Shown: piece after piece, positions 52,258-61,821 of the stretch | Numbering within the stretch: position 1 is the first letter of the stretch | Layout: every line of letters starts with the position of its first letter | Assembly (NCBI GenBank): GCA_963713095.1 | Contig: CAVQKK010000009.1 | Location: 106,846-170,845 of the forward strand | Reading direction: 5' to 3' | Source of the DNA: an uncultured Chloroflexia bacterium | Lineage (GTDB): Bacteria > Chloroflexota > Limnocylindria > Limnocylindrales > CSP1-4 | DNA: 64,000 nucleotides | Position numbers and translations under genes: made by a program | The notes under the pieces: model-generated | Database searches by the model: none | Seen by the model: the letters and a program-made list of their open reading frames with translations, nothing else | Told to the model about the DNA's origin: nothing

Positions 52258-54152
52258 ACGACAGCTACCTGACGCCGAGGCCGGAGCGAGACCGGCGGCC
52301 CCTCCGCTTCCTGACGTTCGGTATCGTCACGATCCTGGTCTTCGGATTGCTGGCCTCGCGGCTGGCCTACCTCCAGATCAACAATGGTCCGGCGCTCGCC
52401 GCGAAGGCTGAAGCCAATCGAACGGCCGAGGAGGCGATCCCGGCGCCGCGCGGCCTGATCTACGATCGGCAGGGCCGGCCGCTGGTCACCAACGTTGCCT
52501 CGTTCACCGTCAAGATCACGCCGTCGGATCTGCCGTTCGACCAGCGCACGGACGTCGCAGATCGGCTCGGGTATCTGCTGGGCCTCGATCCCTCGACCAT
52601 CCTCGAGACGCTGGACACCGCGCCCGGATCCCGGTTCGACCCGGTTCGGATCGCACAGGATGTGCCGGAGGACACTGCCCGCCTCGTATCCGAGTCGACC
52701 GACCAGCTGCCGGGCGTATCGGTCGTCGTCGAGACGCGACGCGACTATCCCGCCGGTCCCCTGATGGCGCAGATCCTGGGCTACACGGGTCCGGTCGATG
52801 CCGCGACCCTGGACAGGCTGAAGGGTGACGGCTACCTCCCCGATGACATGATCGGCAAGGCCGGGGTCGAGGCCACCTTCGAGTCCCAGCTCCGAGGCAC
52901 CTACGGGAACGAGCTCGTGGAGCGGGATGCGACGGGGAGGGACGTCCAGGTTCTCCGGACCACCCAGCAGGCGGTCCCCGGGGCGTCGCTCACGCTGACC
53001 ATCGACGAGACCATCCAGAAAGACGCGCAGGCGGCCCTGAAGTGGGGCATGCGCGTGGCGGGCCTCAAGCGCGGCGTGTTCATCGTGATGAATCCGCAGA
53101 CGGGCGAGGTGCTGGCGATGGTCAGCCTACCGACCTACGACGACAACCTGTTCGCGAAGGGCATCTCCGTCAAGGACTTCCAGAAGCTGGCCACCGACAA
53201 GAACGAGCCACTCACCAACCAGGCCGTGCAGGCACATTTCCCGCCTGGATCAACGTTCAAGCTGGTAACCGGAACCGGTGGCCTCCAGGACAGGAAGATA
53301 ACGCCCCAGACTAGGCTGCGGACGCGCGCGTACCTGACCCTTGGCAGTACGCGCTTCTACGACTGGAACCATGCCGGCTTCGGGCTGTGCAACATCTTCT
53401 GCGGGTTCGGACACTCCTCGGACACCTTCTTCTATCAGGTGGCCGGCATGCTGGGCGCCGATCGGCTTGCGTACTGGGCGCGCCAGTTCGGGTTCGGCGC
53501 GCCAACCGGGATCGATCTGCCTGGCGAGGTTTCCGGGATCATCCCGTCGAACGCCTGGAAGATGAACGCATTCGGCCAGCCGATGTTCCAGGGCGAGGTC
53601 TACCAGGCGGGCATCGGTCAGGGCTACGACGTCGTCACGCCGATCCAGCTGATCAACGCCTACGCGGCGCTGGCGAACGGCGGCAAGCTCTACCGCCCGC
53701 AGCTGGTGCGCGAGATCACCGGGCCCGACGGGGCGGTGATCCAGTCCTTCAAGCCGGACCTGATCCGGAAGCTGCCGGTGTCGCAGGCGACGCTGCGGAC
53801 GATGCGCCTCGCGGCCAGGAAGGTGGTCACCCTTCGTCATACCTACAACCTCGTGGATATGCCCATCAAGGTGGCTGCCAAGTCCGGAACAGCCGAGTAC
53901 GGCCTGCGCGACAGCAAGGGTCGCCTCCCGTTCCATTCCTGGTTCGTCGGATTCGTGCCCAAGGACCCCTATCACGGGAGCTTCGCAAACCCCGACTCGC
54001 AGCTGGTGTTCCTCGCGTTCGCCTACGATTCGAGGACGATCGGCAATGCCGCAACGGAGATCGCAAAGGACTTCCTCCAGCGATATTTCCACATCAAGAA
54101 GGACTACCGCCTGCCGGTGCTCCTGCGGCGTGGCAACTTCTACGGACACTAG
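52254..54152 (+). CDS. mrdA: Penicillin-binding protein 2 (elongasome transpeptidase)
   Basis: PAPRGLIYDRQGRPL, STFK (GSTFKLVT), SSD (GHSSDT), KSGTAE. ATGA overlap with mreD. Confidence 0.9.
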   Translation: MNDSYLTPRPERDRRPLRFLTFGIVTILVFGLLASRLAYLQINNGPALAAKAEANRTAEEAIPAPRGLIYDRQGRPLVTNVASFTVKITPSDLPFDQRTDVADRLGYLLGLDPSTILETLDTAPGSRFDPVRIAQDVPEDTARLVSESTDQLPGVSVVVETRRDYPAGPLMAQILGYTGPVDAATLDRLKGDGYLPDDMIGKAGVEATFESQLRGTYGNELVERDATGRDVQVLRTTQQAVPGASLTLTIDETIQKDAQAALKWGMRVAGLKRGVFIVMNPQTGEVLAMVSLPTYDDNLFAKGISVKDFQKLATDKNEPLTNQAVQAHFPPGSTFKLVTGTGGLQDRKITPQTRLRTRAYLTLGSTRFYDWNHAGFGLCNIFCGFGHSSDTFFYQVAGMLGADRLAYWARQFGFGAPTGIDLPGEVSGIIPSNAWKMNAFGQPMFQGEVYQAGIGQGYDVVTPIQLINAYAALANGGKLYRPQLVREITGPDGAVIQSFKPDLIRKLPVSQATLRTMRLAARKVVTLRHTYNLVDMPIKVAAKSGTAEYGLRDSKGRLPFHSWFVGFVPKDPYHGSFANPDSQLVFLAFAYDSRTIGNAATEIAKDFLQRYFHIKKDYRLPVLLRRGNFYGH

Positions 54153-54228
54153 GCGGATCGATGGGACTTAGCCTGACCGGGATGGGCGCCCCACTGTTCA
54201 TAGGCTTTCGCCACGAGGTCACACCCCC

Positions 54229-55389
54229 GTGCGCGTGATGCGCGCGGAGCCCGGCCGCTTCGCCGACGTGAACGCGCGGTCCGTCGGCGCGATGTGGCGA
54301 GCGTACGACCTCCAGCTCACCACCTACGCGGCGCTGCTGGGCACCATCGGGCTGGTCATGGCCTACGTCAACAGCGTCGAGTCCGGCCAGCAGGCGCTGG
54401 CCAGCGGGACGGTGTTCTCGCGCGCGCTCATGTGGTCAGGCATCGCGATCGTCGCGTACGTCGCGGCGACCCTGTTCGACTACCACTGGCTCAAGACGCT
54501 CGCGTGGCCGATCTACCTCGTCAACATCGGCCTGCTGGTGTTGACCAAGGCCATCGGGGACGGTGTCGGGGGGTCGGCGCGCTGGATCGCGATCGGCCCG
54601 TTGACCTTCCAGTTCTCCGAGCTGGCGAAGATCCTCATGATCATCGTGCTTGCCGTCTACCTCGGGAACCGGGAAGGCAAGCTGGACTCGCTGTCGTCGA
54701 TCCTCGGAGCCTGCCTCCTGATGCTTCCGCCGTGGGTGCTCGTCATGGTCCAGCCGGATCTCGGGACGTCGCTCGTGCTGGCGTCGATCCTGGCCGGGAT
54801 GCTGTTCATGTCGGGAGCCAGCCTCCGCTGGCTGATCGCGATGGCTGCGGGGCTGGTGGCTGCCGTGCCGCTGGCATGGACCTATGTGCTGCGCGACTAC
54901 CAGAAAGAGCGGATCACGGCCTTCGTCACCCCGTGCGTCGACACGCTTGGGTCTTGCTGGCAGGTGCTCCAATCGAAGATCGCCGTGGCGTCGGGAGGCC
55001 TGGTCGGCACCGGCTTGACCAACGGCACCCAGAGCCGCGGCGACTTCCTCCCCGTGCAGGAGAGCGACTTTGTGTTTGCCGTTCTCGCTCAGGAGCTTGG
55101 GTTCCTGGGCGCATTGGTCGTGTTCCTCCTGTTCACGGTGCTCCTGTGGCGGATCATCGCGTCGGCATGGCGGTCACGGGATCCGTTCGGCACGCTGTTC
55201 GGCGCAGGTCTCGCGACAGCGATCCTGTTCCAGGTGTTCGTCAATGTGGGCATGGTCATCGGGCTGCTTCCGGTAACAGGCATCCCGCTGCCGTTCATCG
55301 CGCATGGCGGCGCGTCGCTGGTGAGCATCGCGATCGGGTTGGGGGTGATCCAGAGCGTGAACATCCGGCAGCATCGCGCCGAGTGGTAG
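54229..55389 (+). CDS. rodA: SEDS-family peptidoglycan polymerase RodA
   Basis: QFSELAKI, QPDLGT, ESDFVFAVLAQELGF, GIPLPFIAHGGAS. Confidence 0.9.
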   Translation: MRVMRAEPGRFADVNARSVGAMWRAYDLQLTTYAALLGTIGLVMAYVNSVESGQQALASGTVFSRALMWSGIAIVAYVAATLFDYHWLKTLAWPIYLVNIGLLVLTKAIGDGVGGSARWIAIGPLTFQFSELAKILMIIVLAVYLGNREGKLDSLSSILGACLLMLPPWVLVMVQPDLGTSLVLASILAGMLFMSGASLRWLIAMAAGLVAAVPLAWTYVLRDYQKERITAFVTPCVDTLGSCWQVLQSKIAVASGGLVGTGLTNGTQSRGDFLPVQESDFVFAVLAQELGFLGALVVFLLFTVLLWRIIASAWRSRDPFGTLFGAGLATAILFQVFVNVGMVIGLLPVTGIPLPFIAHGGASLVSIAIGLGVIQSVNIRQHRAEW

Positions 55390-55551
55390 CGTCAAGGGGC
55401 GGGCCGGTGGCCGCCCAGCCCACCGGTACACTCTGCGCGTGATTCAGTCGCGCTTCCTGGCCGGCGGACGATGCCCGGCCCTCGAGTCGATGGGCGCCGA
55501 CCGGTCCGGTCTCGCGTCGCAGGTGGTGGCGGCCCGTGGCGAGAAGGACGG

Positions 55552-56100
55552 GTGACCCACCGGCTTCGCCTGGCCCGGCGCACGACCGTTGCCGCGACCC
55601 AGGGCATGCTCGCGATCGAGCCGCTCCTGGTCATGCAGGACGTGGACCTGCTCGAAGCGATGCGGCGCTCGGCGCGCCAGCCGTCGACCCGGATCATCGG
55701 TGTCATCGACGGGGATGGCCGGATCGTCGGCGTGGCGCCCGTCGCGTTGATCGCCGAGGCCGTGGTCGCCCACGCCGTTCCGGAGGCGTTCTTCGCCGAC
55801 CTCGTCGATGTCGCGGAGGTCGGGCGCTTCGGCGTCGAGGTCGAGGCGCACGCGATCGGCGAGATCATGCTCCCGCCCGCCACGATCGAGCCGCAGGCGA
55901 CGCTCGACGACGCCTTCCGGACCATGCATCAGCGTGAGCTGTCGGGCCTGTATGTGGTCGACGAGTCGGGTGTCCCGACCGGCTACCTCGACGTCCAGGA
56001 GCTGGCCATGCGCTATGTGGAGGCGCTCGAGGACGCGAGCGGGACGACGGTCGCCGGCGTCGCGGATGTGAAGGACCCGCCGGACGCCATCGCGCCCTGA
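55552..56100 (+). CDS. CBS-domain pair protein
   Basis: Two CBS-like repeats (IGVIDGDGRIVGV...; LSGLYVVDESGVPTGYLD). GAAGGA SD before GTG 55552. Confidence 0.65.
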   Translation: MTHRLRLARRTTVAATQGMLAIEPLLVMQDVDLLEAMRRSARQPSTRIIGVIDGDGRIVGVAPVALIAEAVVAHAVPEAFFADLVDVAEVGRFGVEVEAHAIGEIMLPPATIEPQATLDDAFRTMHQRELSGLYVVDESGVPTGYLDVQELAMRYVEALEDASGTTVAGVADVKDPPDAIAP

Positions 56101-57365
56101 TGGACGCCCCGATCGCGGCGATCCTGTTCCTGGTCACGTACGCGCTGATCGCCACGGATCGGGTGGACAAGACCGTCGCCGCCCTGCTGGGCGGCCTGCT
56201 GATGGTCGCCCTCGGGATCGTGCCCCAGGCGGAGGCGTTCGAGGCGATCGACCTCAACGTGATCTTCCTGCTGGCCGGGATGATGGCGCTCGCGTACGTA
56301 CTCGGTCGAACCGGCTTCTTTGCCCTGGTGGGGATCCGGGCCGTGAAGCTCGCCGGTGGCCGGCCCTACGCGCTGATGGCCCTGCTTGCGCTGATCACAG
56401 CCGTGCTGTCCGCCTTCCTCGACAACGTGACCACGGTGGTCCTGCTCGCGCCCGTCACGCTGTACGTGGCGACGGCCCTCAACGTGTCGCCGATCCCGTT
56501 CCTCATCACGCTCATCTTCGCCTCGAACATCGGGGGCACCGCCACCCTGATCGGCGATCCGCCGAACATCCTCATCGGCTCTGCGTCCGGGCTGGACTTC
56601 GGGGCGTTCCTGGTCAACCTCGGGCCGATCGCCGCGATCCTGGTGGCCGTGCTCCTGGTGATGTTGCGCGTCCTGTTCCATGGGGACCTCGCGGTCAATG
56701 AGACGGTTCGCGAAGCGGTGCTCGAGCTCGATGAGCGGGCGGTGATCAACGACGCGAGGACGATGCGGATCGCGCTCCTCGTGATCGGGGCGACGATCGT
56801 CGGCTTCCTGTTCCACCGGCCACTTGGCCTGGAGCCGGCCACGATCGCCCTGCTGGGAGCCACGGTCCTGCTGCTGGTCGGCCGGATCGAGGTCGGCCCC
56901 GTTCTGCGCGAGGTCGAGTGGCCGACGCTGTTCTTCTTCATCGGCCTGTTCATCCTGGTCGAGGGCGTCGTCAGGGTGGGCATCATCGCGGGGGTTGCCG
57001 ACGCGATGGTCGGGGTAACCGGCGGGGATCCGACGGTGACCATCATCAGCCTGCTGTGGTTGAGCGGGGTCGCGTCCGCCATCGTCGACAACATCCCCTA
57101 CACGGCGACGATGATCCCTCTCGTCCACGATCTCGGCCAGCAGGGCGTGCCGCTGGGCTCCGCCTGGTGGGCGCTCGCGTTGGGTGCCGACCTCGGCGGA
57201 AACGCCACGATCGTGGGGGCGTCTGCGAACGTGATCGTCGTGAGCCTCGCCGCCCGGGCGGGCCACCCGATCTCCTTCGGCAGCTTTCTCCGCTACGGCG
57301 TCGTGGTCACGGCGGTCTCGATGGTGCTTGCCACCGGCTATCTGTGGCTGCGGTACCTGCAATGA
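56100..57365 (+). CDS. ArsB/NhaD-superfamily (CitMHS-like) anion permease
   Basis: FLLAGMM, SAFLDNVTTVVLLAPV, SNIGGTATLIGDPPNI, repeated in the C-terminal half (SAIVDNIPYTA, LGGNATIVGASANV). Confidence 0.8.
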   Translation: MDAPIAAILFLVTYALIATDRVDKTVAALLGGLLMVALGIVPQAEAFEAIDLNVIFLLAGMMALAYVLGRTGFFALVGIRAVKLAGGRPYALMALLALITAVLSAFLDNVTTVVLLAPVTLYVATALNVSPIPFLITLIFASNIGGTATLIGDPPNILIGSASGLDFGAFLVNLGPIAAILVAVLLVMLRVLFHGDLAVNETVREAVLELDERAVINDARTMRIALLVIGATIVGFLFHRPLGLEPATIALLGATVLLLVGRIEVGPVLREVEWPTLFFFIGLFILVEGVVRVGIIAGVADAMVGVTGGDPTVTIISLLWLSGVASAIVDNIPYTATMIPLVHDLGQQGVPLGSAWWALALGADLGGNATIVGASANVIVVSLAARAGHPISFGSFLRYGVVVTAVSMVLATGYLWLRYLQ

Positions 57366-58591
57366 CGTTCCCGGCCATCGCGATCGATCAGGTGATCCGC
57401 ACCACGGCCCCGCCCGCCGCGGGTGCCGAGGCCGTCACCCAGACGCTGGTCGGCCTGTTCATCCTGCTCCTGGGCGCCAAGCTGGGTGAGGAGGCGCTCC
57501 GCCGGCTGGGTCAGCCGGCGGTCGTGGGCGAGATCATCGGCGGATTCGTGGTCGGACCCCACGCCCTCGCGCTCGTCGCGCCCGGCGACGTCGCTGCCGT
57601 GTTCGCTGAGCTGGGCGTCGTCGTGCTGCTGTTCTCGGTGGGCCTCGAGGTGCGGACCGACGAGCTGTTCGCGGTCGGCCGGCCCGCCGTCCTCACGGCC
57701 ATCATCGCCATGTTGCTGCCCATCGTGGCCGGCTTCGTGCTTGCGACGGCGATCGGTCAGCCAACCATCACGTCAGTGTTCGTGGGGCTGGCGCTGGCGG
57801 CTACCAGCATCGGGATCACCAGCCGTGTCCTGCGCGACATGGGCGTGCTGGACCGAGCGTTCGCAAGGGTGGTTATCGGCGCCGCGCTGGTCGACGACAT
57901 CATCGCGCTCGTCCTGATCGGGCTCGCCAGCGGTGCCGCCGAGGGCGACGTGTCGGCAAGCACGCTGCTGGTCGGCGTCGCGGGCGTGGGCCTGGTGGTC
58001 CTCGGGTTTGCCGCCGCTCGGCGGGCCCGGGGTCTGCCCAGCCACGTGTTCACCTGGCCGCTGTTCGCCGACACGCCCCTGGTCCCTGCGTTCATGCTGA
58101 TGCTTGCGACGGCCCTGCTCGCGGCCGCGATTGGCCTGGCCGCGATCATCGGCGCCTTCGTCGCCGGGCTCATCGTCGCGGAGACCGAGGCGGCCGAGGA
58201 GCTGGAGCGCGACTTCCGACCGCTGGCATCGGTGTTCACGCCGTTCTTCTTCGCGGCCACCGGCGCCGCGCTCGACCTGTCTGCGCTGCTCGATCCGACG
58301 ATCGTGTTGCTGGTCCTCGCGCTTCTCGTCATCGGCGTGATCACCAAGGCCGCCGGTGGGTTGCTCGGCGCCTGGGAGATCGGTCGCTGGGGCGCCGCCA
58401 CGGTGGGGTTCGGCATGGTGCCGCGCGGCGAGGTCGGGATCGTGGTGGCCAACCTCGCGCTGGCCGCCGGCGTCGTTGACGCGTCGCTGTTCGCGGCGCT
58501 CCTGGTGGCGGTCGTGCTCACGACGGTGATCGCGCCCTACCTGCTCGCGTACTCGATCCCGCGGGCGATCGCGGAGTCGACCTCGATATGA
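57362..58591 (+). CDS. Cation:proton antiporter (CPA2/Kef-like)
   Basis: LGQPAVVGEIIGGFVVGP, LLFSVGLE, ALAATSIGIT, VPRGEVGIVVA. ATGA overlap with the upstream permease. Confidence 0.85.
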   Translation: MTFPAIAIDQVIRTTAPPAAGAEAVTQTLVGLFILLLGAKLGEEALRRLGQPAVVGEIIGGFVVGPHALALVAPGDVAAVFAELGVVVLLFSVGLEVRTDELFAVGRPAVLTAIIAMLLPIVAGFVLATAIGQPTITSVFVGLALAATSIGITSRVLRDMGVLDRAFARVVIGAALVDDIIALVLIGLASGAAEGDVSASTLLVGVAGVGLVVLGFAAARRARGLPSHVFTWPLFADTPLVPAFMLMLATALLAAAIGLAAIIGAFVAGLIVAETEAAEELERDFRPLASVFTPFFFAATGAALDLSALLDPTIVLLVLALLVIGVITKAAGGLLGAWEIGRWGAATVGFGMVPRGEVGIVVANLALAAGVVDASLFAALLVAVVLTTVIAPYLLAYSIPRAIAESTSI

Positions 58592-58619
58592 CCACATCCG
58601 AGGCGTTCCGCGCCCGACG

Positions 58620-59333
58620 TCAGGGTCGGCGGAAGAATCCTCGCGGCTTGGCGTTTCGAGCCTCGTCCGTCTTCCGCCGGCCGCGGGCGCGGAGCAGGGT
58701 GTCGATCTCCGCCTGGTACGCCCGGCCGATCGGCATCCGGTCCAGCCACTCCAGATACTCGAGGTCCGTGCGCGCGATCTCGCCGAGAGACCATCCCGCG
58801 TAGCGACCGAAGGCCAGCACCGTCCCGGAGGGATTGCCCGGCGGCGGTCCTGCCGACTCGGACGGCCGCATCGAAGCATCGTAGACGCTGCCGGTGCTCG
58901 AGCGTCCCGGCGTCCAATCCGGCGACACGCGCTGCGTTCGCGCATCCGCGTCGCTCGCGGCGGGACCGTGCACACTCGGCGGCCAAGCAGGATCACCCGC
59001 TCGACCCGAACCCGCCGGGGACGCCGGCGGTGGTGAGCCCGGTGACTGGGCCCGGCGATACCCGGCTGCCGTTCGGCTCCTCGCCTCGGATGCCGCGACG
59101 GCGGCGGCCGACGCGGCCTGGCGAGCGCGAGCCCGGTCGACGCCCGCGCGGCGAGTCGGGTCCTTGAGCATCTCCCATGCCTGGTTGATGCGGACCATCC
59201 GTTCCTGCGATTCGGTCCCTGGGGCGACGTCGGGGTGGTATTTCCGAGCCAGCCTCCGGTACGCGGCCTCGATGACCTCGTGCTCTGCCTCGGGATCGAC
59301 CTGGAGGATCTTGTATGGATCGGGGACGGTCAT
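58620..59333 (-). CDS. J-domain protein with a DUF3820-like C-terminal domain
   Basis: DPYKILQVDPEAEHEVIEAAYRRLARKYHPD (HPD motif). C-terminus FGRYAGWSLGEIARTDLEYLEWL. Confidence 0.8.
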   Translation of the reverse strand: MTVPDPYKILQVDPEAEHEVIEAAYRRLARKYHPDVAPGTESQERMVRINQAWEMLKDPTRRAGVDRARARQAASAAAVAASEARSRTAAGYRRAQSPGSPPPASPAGSGRAGDPAWPPSVHGPAASDADARTQRVSPDWTPGRSSTGSVYDASMRPSESAGPPPGNPSGTVLAFGRYAGWSLGEIARTDLEYLEWLDRMPIGRAYQAEIDTLLRARGRRKTDEARNAKPRGFFRRP

Positions 59334-59511
59334 CGAGGGCTCATGGCTGTCTGGTGAAGCGGCAGGCCGCGGGACGGGTTCGTGCTGGCCCCTGCGACGG
59401 GATCCCGATCCCGTGCCTGTGAGCAAGGCGCGCGACGGCCGACTCCATTCCCGGCAGACTAACACCGTGCCGTACCAACCCGAATGGCGTGGGCCTGGCG
59501 AGCGAGGGGCT

Positions 59512-60303
59512 GTGCCACCCACGTCCGCCGAGCCGCCCCGGGCCACCACCCCGCCACTGGAGCCTGTGCAGCGCTGGCGCCTGGTGTTCCGGCGGTCGGC
59601 GACAGCGGCCGAACCCACCGGGCGCGAGCCAAGAGCTGCCTGGGAGGCCGCGCTGCGGCGATCGGGTCTGCCGGTCGCCGGTCTCGACGGTCCGGCCGGG
59701 CACCCGCGGTTCGCGCTCGCCGCCCAGCTTGCGGTTGGGATCGCAGGCGAGCGGGAGCTCGCTGACATCTGGCTCACACAGCGGTTGCCCCGGTGGCAGG
59801 TACGCGAGGCGCTCGAGCCGATCCTGCCGCCCGGCCACGCCCTCGTCGATATCCACGATGTCTGGCTGCGCGAGCCGTCCCTGCCCGGAAGGGTTGTCGC
59901 GTCGATCTATCGCTGTGTACTCCCCGCTGGCGTCGTCAACCCCGACCGACTGGCGGCCGCGGCGCGGTCGATGGTCGATTCGGACAGCCTGCCCCGAGAG
60001 CGGACGAAGGGAGACCGCGTCGTTGCCTACGATCTCCGGCCGTTCGTTGACGCCGTCCACGTCCGCCGCGGCGATGACGATGCCACGACGGTCGTGATGG
60101 CCCTGGTTCACGATCCGGAGCGGGGGATCGGGCGGCCGGAGGAAGTGCTCGCGGAGCTGTCCGTGCGGGCGGCGCAGCCGGCCCTCGCGGGCGCATCCTC
60201 GGCGCTGGTGCGTGAGCGGGTCGTGCTGGCGGGCGACGAGACACGGGCTCCCGGCGGGACCGGCCGATCGGCCGGCAGCAACTCAGGCAGGCATGGCGCG
60301 TGA
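59512..60303 (+). CDS. TIGR03936/DUF2344 family (radical-SAM-associated) protein
   Basis: RWRLVFRR...REPRAAWEAALRRSGLPVA...HPRFALAAQLAVGIAGERELADIWL. Only the 3' two-thirds of ORF 58894..60303 is credible. Confidence 0.65.
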   Translation: MPPTSAEPPRATTPPLEPVQRWRLVFRRSATAAEPTGREPRAAWEAALRRSGLPVAGLDGPAGHPRFALAAQLAVGIAGERELADIWLTQRLPRWQVREALEPILPPGHALVDIHDVWLREPSLPGRVVASIYRCVLPAGVVNPDRLAAAARSMVDSDSLPRERTKGDRVVAYDLRPFVDAVHVRRGDDDATTVVMALVHDPERGIGRPEEVLAELSVRAAQPALAGASSALVRERVVLAGDETRAPGGTGRSAGSNSGRHGA

Positions 60304-60423
60304 TCGCCAGCGGGGCGTGATCGGCCGGAGGCGCCTGATCCGCGAGAGGCACGCGCAGAGGGTGACCACGGACACCTGCCCGCTGGCACGGGCCCGCCGG
60401 CACGCCGCATGACCGGGTACTCG

Positions 60424-60453
60424 TTGACGCGATCCGCGGATCCACCCTACACT
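60424..60453 (+). promoter_or_regulatory. Sigma70-like promoter TTGACG-N18-TACACT upstream of rplU
   Basis: TTGACG at 60424-60429 and TACACT at 60448-60453. The spacer contains the perfect 12-bp palindrome GATCCGCGGATC (60431-60442). Confidence 0.4.
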
Positions 60454-60540
60454 CTCCGTTCGCGCCCGCGTGAGCCGCAGGCGCCTTTCCATGTCCATGC
60501 AACGGCCCGCACGTGGCCGTCGCGCTCGCTCCGAGGGCCC

Positions 60541-61254
60541 ATGTACGCAGTCATCGAGACCGGCGGAAAGCAGTACCGCGTCGAGGTCGGCACCGAGCTC
60601 GAGGTCGAGTTGCTCGAGGCCGAGGCCGGCCAGTCGATCACGCTCGAGCGTGTTCTCCTGGTCGCCGACGGCGCTGAAGCGACGGTTGGCACCCCGTTGG
60701 TGGCCGATGCGGCGGTCGACGCCGAGGTCGTCGGCCGCGAGCGCGGTGACAAGGTCATCGCGTTCAAGTACCGGCCCAAGGCCCGCCGGCGGGTCAAGAA
60801 GGGCCATCGGCAGGAGTTGACCGTGCTGCGGGTGGCGGATATCCGCTACCAGGGCAGGAGCGCGGCGGAAGGCGTCGCGACGACGGGCAAGGCGAAAGCC
60901 ACCGACCGCAAGCGCCTCGAGGAGGCGGCAGCGCGACAGGCGGCCGAGGACGCCGCCCTCGCCGCCAAGCTCAGCCTGGGCACGACGACTGAGAGGCCGA
61001 GCGAGGAGGCGCCGAAGCCGGCGAAGCGCACCCGGGCGAAGGCAGCGGACACAGCCCCGGCCAAGACCGGTGCTGCCGAGGCTGTCGAGTCCGGCACCGG
61101 CGTCGAAGCCACGCAGGGTCAAACAGCCGAGGCCGCTGCCAAGCCGACCCGCCGACGCGCGCAGGCGAGGAAGGCCGATGCCGCGTCGGGCGCCGCAGCG
61201 GATGCAACCCCCAAGGCGACGCCGAAGCGCTCGCGCACGAAGAAGGACCAGTAG
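60541..61254 (+). CDS. rplU: 50S ribosomal protein L21 with a ~134-aa Ala/Lys/Glu-rich C-terminal extension
   Basis: [17 protein letters not shown]...[28 protein letters not shown] is the core. It continues in frame for another ~134 aa. Confidence 0.92.
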   Translation: MYAVIETGGKQYRVEVGTELEVELLEAEAGQSITLERVLLVADGAEATVGTPLVADAAVDAEVVGRERGDKVIAFKYRPKARRRVKKGHRQELTVLRVADIRYQGRSAAEGVATTGKAKATDRKRLEEAAARQAAEDAALAAKLSLGTTTERPSEEAPKPAKRTRAKAADTAPAKTGAAEAVESGTGVEATQGQTAEAAAKPTRRRAQARKADAASGAAADATPKATPKRSRTKKDQ

Positions 61255-61256
61255 CG

Positions 61257-61538
61257 ATGGCGCACAAGAAAGCGGGCTCGAGCTCGAAGAACGGCCGCGA
61301 CAGCGTCGGCCAGCGGCTGGGCGTAAAGGCCGGCGACGGCCAGCTCGTCACCGCAGGCTCGATCATCGTGCGACAGCGGGGCATGACGTTCGCTGCCGGT
61401 GAGGGCGCGGGGCTGGGCCACGACTACACCGTGTTCGCCACGGTCGATGGGAAGGTGCAATTCGAGCACGCGACCCGCAGCAAGAAGCGCGTCCGGGTGA
61501 TCCCGGTCGCAGCCGAGCCCGCCGCCGTCGAGGCGTAG
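61257..61538 (+). CDS. rpmA: 50S ribosomal protein L27
   Basis: [24 protein letters not shown]...IIVRQRG. Confidence 0.96.
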   Translation: MAHKKAGSSSKNGRDSVGQRLGVKAGDGQLVTAGSIIVRQRGMTFAAGEGAGLGHDYTVFATVDGKVQFEHATRSKKRVRVIPVAAEPAAVEA

Positions 61539-61605
61539 CGACTCGACTCAGACGACGACCACCGGCGGGCTCGGTCCCGCGCGGACGGCGTCGAAGGAGC
61601 AACCC

Positions 61606-61818
61606 GTGAAGAGCGACATCCACCCCAAGTATCACCAGGCGCGCGTCCATTGCGGCTCATGCGGGACCGAGTTCGAGGTCGGCTCGACCCGTGAGGAGCT
61701 TCGCGTCGACGTGTGCAGCAACTGCCACCCCTTCTTCACCGGCAAGCAGAACATCATCGACACGGCGGGCCAGGTCGAGCGCTTCCAGCGCCGCCTCGAG
61801 CGGCAGGTTCGAGCCTGA
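61606..61818 (+). CDS. rpmE: 50S ribosomal protein L31 (zinc-binding type A)
   Basis: MKSDIHPKY...CGSCG...CSNCHPFFTGKQ. Confidence 0.95.
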   Translation: MKSDIHPKYHQARVHCGSCGTEFEVGSTREELRVDVCSNCHPFFTGKQNIIDTAGQVERFQRRLERQVRA

Positions 61819-61821
61819 CCG

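Noticed and set aside
58894-59511. 5' third of ORF 58894..60303, which would give a 469-aa protein.
   Set aside because: This part is antisense to the J-domain gene and compositionally junk. DUF2344 homology begins near the GTG at 59512.
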